This document shows positions 22,469-32,721 of a stretch of 64,000 nucleotides of DNA, one piece after another (the stretch's first letter is position 1; each line of letters begins with the position of its first letter). The notes beneath the pieces are model-generated. The model worked only from the letters and a program-made list of their open reading frames with translations. It made no database searches and was not told where the DNA came from. This DNA is from Vitrella brassicaformis CCMP3155 (lineage: Eukaryota > Protista > Chromerida), in assembly GCA_001179505.1 (NCBI GenBank), contig CDMY01000149.1:62001-126000 (forward strand), in the 5' to 3' direction. The position numbers and the translations under genes were made by a program.

Positions 22469-24601
22469 ATGGCAGATCAAAACGAGGGTCCACCGATGAA
22501 ACGGCAGAAGGCTGCGGAGACTCTAATAGCTCGAGCGGGTGGGAGGGGACAGGACGATGCAACGGGTCAGACTAAACATGGGGAAGGACGTGTGTGTGGT
22601 TTGTGTTCAGGAAAGGAGGCTCGTCCGAAGCTCGAACTCTGTGCTGCAGACCTCGTGAGTGTGGAAAAGCTCACGGACAAAGGTGCCCAGCGTGAGTCGA
22701 CAAAGGTGCCCACCCTCAACCAACAGCAGCCTGCGAAGAATGTCCCGAAAGACTACGTCGGTTTCAAGGACCTGGAGACGATGGTGGATGGCAAAATCAT
22801 GGAGGGATACCAGTTGATGGACACACCGCACGAGCGCGTGGGCCCAGCAGTGCTTACAAGATTCGCGAGAGGCGGCAAGACACGGACACTTCAAGAGATC
22901 GGCAAGATGCTTCAGGAACGGCAGATTCCTACTCTCTTCATCACCTTCAACGATCTCACTGCGATCGACAATGATGAGCGTCAGAACATCACCGCACTGC
23001 AGTCCGTCTTGATGCGCATTGCATGGGGGGCAGCGACAGAAGCTACTGTTCAAAAGGTGATAGAAAATGCGAAAAAAGCCGGCACTTCCCCAACCGCGCG
23101 CAACTGGACCGTGAGCAACTTCGACTTCTCCGAATGGATCCAAGCCGCTTGTATACGGTCGGTCAATCACAGATTTGAAAGACCGCTGATATTGACTCAT
23201 CTCTCTCTTCTTGTTTGTCTTTATGTGGTGTACGTTGATTGTAGCAAAGACGAGGTCGAGGCGTGGCTTCAGGATCAGCCACTCATCCTCCTTATCGACG
23301 AGTTCAATCAGCTGCTGACGAAGGACCTTTTGGACGAGCTGAAGATGGCTGACGAAAACACACTAGCGAGGGAGTCAGACCAGGCTGAAGAAGTTGCTGC
23401 TTTCATCTCGAAGTCATTCCTCAAAGCCGAGCTGTCGTTTTTTGGTGTTTTCCAGCCATGTCGTGACGGTGGGAGATGGGCTTGAGGACTATTGGGGACG
23501 AAGCAGAAGCGGCCGACTTGCTAAGAAATTGCGAATCCCAGTGATCAAGCAGCTCGAGGACGCACGTCTTATCACCTTATGTGCTGACGGAGGACACATC
23601 TGCTGGACGGGGCGAGCACCAGCACTGTTATTCCAGCTATTTCGTAACAGTCCTAAGTGCGAAGCCCCAAGACCGTCTGACGTCACGCGCCACTTCTCCG
23701 CAGCTCCCACCATCAGTGCCGACACTGTCAGAGCTCTAGTGCAGTCAGCACTTAAGGGGGATGCGACTCGGGACTATCTTCTTGCTCTCGGTGCCATGCT
23801 GGCGGACGTTGACGTGTTTGATTCCAAATGCGTCTGGCCCCCTTGCTATTTGGGTGAAGCTTGCAACAAGGCGTCAGACTCCAAAGGCGTCAAGACGACC
23901 CTCGGCATGGAATTTGCCTCCGGCATTGGAGAAGTCGACGCGTTGCTCAAACAACTACTAGGGGACACTTCTGGAAAACAATGGGAGGGTGTCAGCGCTG
24001 CGGCGGTCCTCCTTCGACTGCTGGACAGCCACATAGCGCTCACCTACCTTCATGGACCGCCTCTGCAGCTGCCGGAAAATTCGGAACGCCTCGTGCCAGA
24101 CCCGGTCGTCACTGGATGCGCGTTTGGATCGTTTGTGCGTGTTCCTTCTAAGTCAAACCTGAAGGAGCTCCTCTTGTGGTGGCTAAACGAGAGACAGCCC
24201 GAGACGAGAGAGGGGCAGAGGTTTCTCTCGTATCTGGTCAAACCAACTAACACGCAGTTCGAGGGTTGGGACTTCTTCGTCTTCATCACCATGGACGGGC
24301 GCCTGCGTGACGTCTGGGGCTACCAGTGCAAGCAGGACAATACGAAACCGACGACCGCCACGACAAGCACGATTAAGAAGAGCCTGAAAAACGTCAAGGG
24401 CGACGAGCAGCTGAAGGCATTAGGCATTGCGGGCGCCAGAGTGTGGTTGCAAGGTGTATGGCCATCAGACGGATAAGATGGATGAAAAAAATCGAAGACT
24501 GGCCACTGTACTACCCTTGCAATGCCACGCTCAGGGAGTTTCTGGGCGCCTCACTGAGTGAAGCGTGCCCGTCGGAGTTGTTGGATGTGAAAAAGAACTA
24601 G
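22469..24601 (+). pseudogene. Crinkler-like P-loop NTPase + PD-(D/E)xK restriction-endonuclease-fold gene, copy 1, with two apparent frame disruptions
   Basis: Walker A-like TRFARGGKT, Walker B LILLIDE and nuclease motif FEGWDFFVF..VWGYQCK. Alignment with the paralog at 52-54.6 kb needs frame changes near 23421-23437 and near 24450-24476. Confidence 0.7.
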
Positions 24602-24705
24602 AGAGGGCAAGCGATGCTGAACGTTCCTGATGTTGGTAATCCAGACATTAATTCCTTCACCCATGAAAAGCAAGCCGTGAACCATGCATGAGTCCGCTAC
24701 TCGAA

Positions 24706-27700
24706 TTAAGATTGCGTCAACCCTTCCCTTTCTCCACTCGAAGAAGCTGCGCTCGAACCACCGCCCTGCGCGCAGCATCCTGTCTTCCGCGGTCCTCGTG
24801 CCGCATCGGACAGGTTCACTCTCCCTCGGCCTGTGCTGTCTGATTCGCTGGCCCCAGCACCACCGCCAGAAAGCTGCAACGACTTCGTTTGCACTGCATT
24901 CTTCCTTCTGTGAAAACACAGCAACAAGACGTTGCTGAAAGACATGCTGTGTGCGGCTATCCCTCACCTGAGGTCAACAAGTTTGGCCGCAGCCGACAAG
25001 AAGGCATTGTCGACGTTGGACGCAGTCTGTCATGTTATTGCATTTGCCAAGAAGTGTGCAACGTTGTACGTTGTCGTTGAATGATTGGAAAACTTCGCCC
25101 ACCTTGGCAGATGTATTCACGAAGATCGCGCCGATGCGGTCCGCACACGCCTGCAGAACAGGGGATAACGACGTTATACTTGTCACAGAGCTGCGTAATC
25201 CTACCGGTGTGTGGAACTTCCTAACCTTTGCTTCTTCCTCAGACACTTGGATCTGGTCCTTCAAGTCATACTTGTTGCCAACGAGGAGTTTCACCTGGGC
25301 AGAAGACGCATCGATGTCTTGTGTTTGCAAATCAGACGAGACAGCACATGAAAAGGAATCGAGTACCGTTGACGGGCCGCAGTCGTGATGCTCCTGAATC
25401 TGCAATACAGCTCCCCATTTGATCGTGTGCCCACCATTTTCCTCCCCAATAGGCCTGCCCGAAGTACCTGGTTCAGCCATTGGTCCACGTGGTCAAAGGA
25501 TTCTCTGCTGGTGGCATCGTAGACGAGAACAAAGCCATCTGCGTTGCGGTAGTAATTGCCTGTGACGACGCTGAACCTTTCTTGGCCTGCAGTGTCCCAC
25601 TGCGAAGACAACCAAATCCGACAGTCCAATCAACCAGCGCAGCTGCCTACCAGCTGCAGCTTGACGAGTTTGCCCTTGATCATGGTGACGACTGTCTTGA
25701 AGTCGACGCCAATCGTTGACACGTGGAAGTCCGAATACACGTCCTAGGGGAAGGGGTGATGAGCAGGATGGCGAAGAACAAGCGTGACAAGCCTGTGCCC
25801 ACGGCCTTTCTCAGAATGCGTATGACCTGGACAAAACGGGTGAGAAGACAGCTCTTCCCAACGCCAGAGTCCCCCACTGTCACGAGTTTGAACTTGAAAT
25901 CACCGTCACCCTAAAGAAACAAAAGGTTGGTGCGAAGAAGAGCACTTTCACTTTCATCATCGTGTTTGAACATACCGCGCCGTCTCGAATCTGCAAACAA
26001 TCGACAGAAAAAAGGGAAGGGGCGGTGACCTACTTGTAGGAAATGCTGGAAATCGCGTCTGTACCTGGAGTACATTGAGAAAGAACAGTTTCCTCGAGAT
26101 TCGCTGTCCTGGACCACCTCCGTCGTCGCCTGCAGCAGCTCACGTCAGACAGAGGTTGGCGGCACTTCTCTTCCGAACCTAGTGCATCTCCTTTCTGTTT
26201 TGTAGCCTCAGTCTTTTCCCTCGATCCACCGAAGACGATGAGCTTGTCATGCAACACTGTACTGCAGTGGGACTTCACATTGATTTGCCCTGAAAAGTGG
26301 ACAACCATCACTTATCAGGTGGTTACTAGTGGCGACGCCTGGCGACTGACCTTCGTACAATGGTCTGCTCCATTTGCTTTTCGCAGAATCGTATATGTAC
26401 AAATCAGAAACTTCCGCTATCGTCTTGAATATGTACCATGCAATAGAGGAATGGAGGGGGATGGGGGCCCTTTGTGACGACTATGATTCTTACTTGGCCC
26501 GCAAATATGAAGACTCTGTCGCCTATTAAGTCCATTGAATGGAAGGACCTCGACAAGGGGGCCGTGTTTGCAACTTCTACTCGACTCCTGAGGGTATTGG
26601 TCACCGAGTTTTTTCTCGAGTTTCTGCTCACGATGACTCGCTGCTCTGCTTTCTTCTAAGCTGCTTGCCCTTACCAAACGTACTCGCCCTGCGTCGCCAG
26701 ATCCAGAGAGAACAAGGCACCGTCGTCCTCAGCTCCTCTGCGTGGTGACCACACAAACACAACACTGTCTGTATGATCGTGGTTTGTCCATTTCCATTGC
26801 TCTCTACCCGAACAGCAGAAGTTTGTCTTGGAAGCAGACGGTTTTGTGACCGTACCTAACACGAAGTAGGCAATCTCGCAACGAGAGAAGAGCCATGCGC
26901 TTGGGTATACCGCGCCGAGGGGACTTCCCCAGTTTGGCTTGGTTGCTGCCATGCTGACTTCCCGAGGTCCAGTATCCAAAGCTCATTTGATGCCTGGTAA
27001 AAGCAAAACGGCCGTTGAAGCAAGCAGCACCCTGACACCTTCTCACCTGGGTAAGGTTGGCGTCCGTGGCACCTCCGAAAACGACTAGCTGGTTCTTGAA
27101 GACTGCAACACATGCAACGGCTACTGGTGTACTTGATTGAAAACGGTCCAAAAAGTCGCCGCACCTGAGGCGGAGTGAAAGGCTCTTGCTGGCGGCATTG
27201 GTCCAGTGATCTCCGGCTGCGTCCACACGAGGGTGCTTGTTTGCAGCAGGAACAGATCGCTGACAGTTCATACATGGGCCATCCACATGGACAGTAAGTG
27301 GAGAAACGAAATGAGCCCGCTCTACCTGGATGGTGACCCCTGATGGGCCCATGGGCGAAGGCGCGTTGAAGCCGAGCCAGCAGTCGGAGCCATAAACGGT
27401 GGAGGAGGGAAGCTCTTCTGCAGTTGCTCGTCTAGCATTATCTCTGAGTCCTTCATTCAAACAAGACACACAGCCCACTCTTTACAGCTTAAGAGACCGA
27501 CTGGCGCAGCGAGTGGTGCATACCTCTTCTGCGAGCCCTCCAAAAAGAACCAGGGACTGAGTATCGGGGTGAGCTTGCAGAGAGTGGCCATAGCGTGGCG
27601 TCGGCTTGCTGAAGCCTCCAACATTCAGCTCCTTCCATGATGCCTTCTCTGTGAGGCCACTCACACCCACAAAGAGCAAGTACGCAGCCCTCTTGCTGGA

Positions 27701-27966
27701 CAGTCTGCGCTCACCGATCTCCATCACATGCAAATCACCATAGGCGGCCTTCTCATCGGCGCCTCCGTGAAGGTAGAGGCGTGTCCCCACGGTCACAATC
27801 TTGTGCAAATACAAAACATGCCACAAGTGCAGTGCAGACGAGTTTGGCCCGCCTTTCTGCATCGCTGTACCTGGCTGGCAACCCTAGCAGTCGGAATATC
27901 TCCATGCTGGCGAAGGTCACAGACGGAGAGGACCAGGTTTCTGACGTTCTGGGTCTCGTCCGCCAT
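24706..27966 (-). CDS. Kelch-repeat beta-propeller (six blades) fused to a C-terminal Rab1-like small GTPase
   Basis: One continuous GT-AG-spliced ORF. Kelch blades: RLYLHGG, RYGHS..LVLFGG, RAFHS..LVVFGG, RYGHK..LLLFGG, RSFHS..VFIFAG and SHCS..LIVFGG. It then runs [10 protein letters not shown]|IRDGA|[30 protein letters not shown]|[23 protein letters not shown]. Confidence 0.85.
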
Positions 27967-28158
27967 CTCGCTGGGTCGCTGTTGTCACAGGGCGAGATGC
28001 GCCTGCTGACGCCACTGAGCAAACACGATCACCTGCAAACGGAAACAGGAGGGTTGTGCCATACGCTTCTTGCCCGCTCCTTCCCTCACCTTTTCACTTG
28101 CTCATCCGCTACTTGCTTCATCAGCCGATCTACGCAAAACACCTAAAACCCTGAGCCC

Positions 28159-28209
28159 TAACTCTAACCCCAGCGTAACTCTAACCCCAGCGTAACTCTA
28201 ACCCCAGCG
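28159..28209. repeat. 17-bp tandem repeat x3 (TAACTCTAACCCCAGCG) in the divergent promoter region between Kelch-Rab and RPL7
   Basis: Three perfect adjacent units at 28159, 28176 and 28193, preceded by AAAACCCTGA. Confidence 0.9.
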
Positions 28210-28246
28210 AAACACTGATTTGCTGTGTGCTGAAACGGCGAGGGGG

Positions 28247-29549
28247 ATGGCGGATCTTCTGATAAAGCCCGAGCATGGAGCGGCTGGTACACTCTCCGAG
28301 AGCCGGAAGAAGAAGCTGGAGCGCAACCGGGTTCTGGCGACGCAGAAGAATACCGCCATCGCCGAACTGAAGAAGGTAGATACCAACGCTACGAACACAG
28401 GCGAGTGTGTGATCATCTCTCTTTGATTGCGCTTGCTACCGTCAGAGGAACCGCGAAACTCGAGAGGCGCTCAAGATCCGGACTCTCCAGTACGAGGAGG
28501 AGTACCAGACTGAGCAGGAGAACGCACTCGCCCTTCGCAGGTCGGTCGACATCAAGATGGCACCAGATTGCCGCACTTGATCTGGCCGTTTCTTCCAGGG
28601 AATCTCGTGCCGAGGGGGGCTTCTACAAGGAGCCGGATGCGCAGCTCATATTCGCCATTCGCATCAAGGGGTGAGTCGCGCAGGCAGGCAGCCTGCCGTT
28701 TCCTGCGTTCCATGTTTGATTCTGGATCCTTCAGTATCAACAAGCTGGCTCCGAAGCCTCGCAAGGTCCTTCAGCTGTTCCGCCTCCTGCAAATCCACAA
28801 CGGAGTGTTCATCAAAGTGAACAAGGCCACCACCGAGATGCTCAAGCTGATCGCTCCCTTCGGTCAGACGTGCCAGCTGGGCAGAGAACTACACCTGGTG
28901 ACGGTTATTGAATGCTGTCCCTTGATTGGCCTGATTGCGCACAGTTACGTACGGCTATCCGTCTCTGAAGACGGTGCGGGAGCTGATCTACAAACGGGGA
29001 TACGGAAAGGTCAACAAGCACCGCATCCCCCTCCAGGATAATCAGATCATTTCTGAAGCCCTTGGCAAGGTGAGGCTGGAAATTATCCAACGCATCCTCT
29101 GCTCTCGCGGTATGTGTATGATTACCGTGTACGTGTGGCTGACCAGTATGGCATCCATGGTGTGGAGGACCTCGTGCACGAGATCTACACTGTCGGCCCC
29201 CATTTCAAGGAGGCGAACAACTTCCTCTGGTAAGTCAGTCACCTCACTCACTTGCCTTGCAAAGATCTCCGATCGATGAGTCAGCCAGTGCCATGTCCTT
29301 TATGGTGCTGTCTGTGCCTTCCCTGCTCTAACATAACAGGCCGTTCAAGTTGAATTCGCCGAGGGGAGGTTTCGTCGCCAAACGCCACGGCTTCACCGAG
29401 CCTCGTGGCGGCGACTGGGGCAACAGGTCAGACTGACACGACAGAGTGCCTGTTTGCTGTGCGGAAATACTTCCCTCTACTGCCATGATTCTGTCTATGT
29501 TCAATGCAGGGAGCTTCTCATCAACAGCCTGCTGACCAAGATGATCTGA
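28247..29549 (+). CDS. RPL7: 60S ribosomal protein L7 (uL30), multi-exon
   Basis: [19 protein letters not shown]|[74 protein letters not shown]|PFKLNSP..GGDWGN|RELLIN..KMI*. Confidence 0.97.
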
Positions 29550-29666
29550 GTCGGCCGTGTGGGTTGGTCACATGATTTGACCATGCCGCTCGCAGAGGGG
29601 TTTACATGAACTCGTGATGGACATGTATGTGTCTCCATGAATCGGTTCGGACTTGTGTCTCATTCA

Positions 29667-32484
29667 TCACTCACGGCAGGCCAATTCTATCATCCCATTC
29701 GACAGATCCTTGACTGAAAAGCCGAGAGTCTCGATTTCCGTCCTGTAGTAATCATGACATGCACCACACGTTCTCTCAGTGCTGAGGATCACACTGAACC
29801 CATACCTGAGCTTGTCAGCTGCTTGGTAGTCTTTGACTGATTTCGCCTTAGCCCTCTCCTCGACAAGGAGCAATATCTCAGCTGGAAAACCTGCAGGCGG
29901 TGCAGGTTTTCCGACACACGCGGATGGTTTTGTCTGCTCTGCTCTCTTTGCCCATCCCATTCTCTCCCCCTCCGCCCTCACCTTCCAGCATCTCAGGCAG
30001 GTCCACTCTGGGGTCGAGACGTATTGTCTCGCTTGTCTCCCCTTCGGAGGTGCCGTCCTCTGGGGCCCCACCCCACTCCACTGGATCGTACCACAGGCCA
30101 AAGACGCTGTCCATCCGGTCCAGGGCGCTGCTCACACCCTTGAGACCTTCGCCAAGCAGAGCGCCTTGACATTCCTGCAGCGCCCTCTCACAGGTAGCGA
30201 TGAGTTTGAACATGGCTGCAAAGGCCCTGCACACAGGAAGCATGAAGTCCATTGATTCCTCTCTGCCCCGTGCGTGCAGCTCTGAGCAGTCTACACGTAC
30301 CTGGGTGTGTTCAAGTCGTCAAGCAGATGGGCCTCGAAATCGTTGACGCACTCGCTGCTCGCATTTATGAGCTGAGCGTTCCAGTCGCCACTGGGCAGGT
30401 CCTGGAGGTGTGGGGCCTCCTGCGCCGCCGCTGCCTTGAGCCGCCTCCTGAAGGCGTCAAGACGCCGCACGCTATTCCTGGCCGATTGCAACGCAGCTGC
30501 AGAGAAGTTCAGCGGTCTCCTGTAGGCACACACGGACATGTCTGTGAAGCCACACGTGTCCAGGTATGTCGCCCCGGAGTGTGTTGACATGTCGCGCATG
30601 TACCTGTAGTTAGATCCGACGACAAGGAATCGGAATGCCCGTACATCGTCTTTGGTGGGACAGCACTGTCTGAGTGTGAGGAAGTTTCTCTTGGACTTGG
30701 ACATTTTCTCCTGGTTGATGTTGACAAAGCCATTGTGCACCCAGTAGCGGCAAAAGGGCTGGCCACTCGCACCTTCAGACTGGGCGATCTCGTTCTCGTG
30801 ATGCGGGAAGATCAAATCGATCCCACCTAATCAATGACACAAAGGGAGAGAGGGAGGGAGGGAGGGAGGGACAATGAGTCAGGTAATAAGAGCAGGGAGC
30901 GAGGGGAGGGGACTTGGCGCTGGTGTGGATGTGGCGTGCACGCGCTAGGCACCTACCGGCATGGATGTCGATGGTGTCCCCCAGGAGCGCTTTTGCCATG
31001 GCACTGCACTCAATGTGCCAACCAGGACGACCACGGCCCCACGGGCTCTGAACGAGCAGACAACGGACCACGCATAAGGGCAACACAACAGATCGTCACC
31101 AATCACTCCCATCCATCGTTCGCGTCTTTGTCTTCGAGGTCACTCACTGGCTGGTTGTTTACTTACATTCCACCAGACGTCTCCGTCCTCCTCTTTGTAT
31201 GCCTTCCACAGGGCGAAATCCTCCGCCTCCACTTTGCCAGTCCCGGCAGCATCAGCATGGTCCGACGCGACCTCCTCAGACTCCTCAGACGCTGACCCAT
31301 CCCTCTCCCCACCACCCGCACGGATGCCGCTCAGAAACCGACGGTCGGTCAGCACACCATATCTGTCCATCAAAGCAAGCAAGCCACCCACCCACAAAAG
31401 CCGACAGATAGATCCATTTATTGGATGGGTGTGTGAGTCAATCGGCGAGTGTACGTACGAACCTCTCGCATTTCGACACGTTGAAGTAGACCGAGGCGGC
31501 GGGCAGCTCGATTGCCCCCTGCTGGCGTGGCTGCTCCTGTGCTGTGTATGCTAGACCGTTGTCGATGAGGGTCTGGATCATCGCCTGCATCTGAGGGATG
31601 TAGTCACTTGCGCGGGGGTAGTGGGTCGCAGGCAGAACATTCAACGCCTGACGCCGCCCGCCACAGAGAGACAGACACGACACGACACGACACGACACGA
31701 CATACACGACACAACGAAGGAGCTGAGCTGCCTACCCCCGGCGTCGGCCCACCCGTGCTTGACTTACTGTGATCGGCAGATGCCTGCCTGCTTACCTTGA
31801 TGTCCTGGAAGAACAATTGCGTGTATGTGTTGGTGAGCTCGGTCCGCGACACGCCCTCATCGCGCATTCTCTGAATGATCTTGTCATCGACGTCCGTCAA
31901 ATTACACACGTGCACTACAGTATACCTGCAGGTAAACGGCCGCACGTCCATCCATTCATTCATTCATTCATTCATTCATTCAGCCAACAAAGGGAGGGAG
32001 GTCAGGCCCGTATGTATGCGTTGTGTGTGTAGTCATTCATTCACGTTGTGGGCTGGGCTATCTACCTATCTGCCTACCCAAGGTAGATGAGGAAACGCTT
32101 GAGCAGGTCATAGGTGAGGAAGGCGCGGAAGTTGCCAATGTGGGCCGCGTCGTAGACTGTCGGGCCACACGAGTAGAAGCGAACTACCCGCTCACTGTCC
32201 AGCGGTGCAGCGCTTGACGAGGGCATGCCGGCATCGAACGACCGCTTTGTCCGCTCGCCCGTGTCAAACAGCCGGAAGCGACGGTCCGCACTGCCAATGG
32301 ATGAACCTGACACTGTTGAAAGGCCGCCTCGCGAAGATGATGGGTGTTGAGGACCTCTGAAGCTGATGAGCTGCGGGTGACTGGAAGCCCAACCCATTAG
32401 TAGTGGAGTGAAGGCATTTGCCGCACAGCAAACGCTGAAGAACGCGAGTGCGGTGACGGACGGCGAATGACGTGTGGCATTCAT
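29667..32484 (-). CDS. cysS: Plastid-targeted cysteinyl-tRNA synthetase, multi-exon
   Basis: [18 protein letters not shown] (HIGH motif), [51 protein letters not shown] and KMSKS. The leader is [29 protein letters not shown]. Confidence 0.95.
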
Positions 32485-32721
32485 TCATCTCATTGCCTGC
32501 ACACAGACCCAAGGAACTCAGGAAAGAAAAGGATTCATGAATTCGAAGATCACCTCCTGCGATTGAAGATCCAGGTCATTCTGCGATGTGAGAGCGCTGT
32601 GCTCAGCGGGGAATCCCTCAACAGTCAATAGATTCGACTGCGAGCTCAGATAAAGGGATCATCATCTGAGCTCGCAGTGGAATCTATGCAGAGTCCGTGA
32701 AGCCGCATCATTCATCAATCT

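Noticed and set aside
28159-28209. CRISPR array or true telomere
   Set aside because: The units are directly adjacent with no spacers, there are no cas genes, and it is only three degenerate units in an internal position.
28376-29510. Intronic snoRNAs in RPL7
   Set aside because: I saw no convincing paired C/D boxes with terminal stems, or H/ACA structure, in these short introns.
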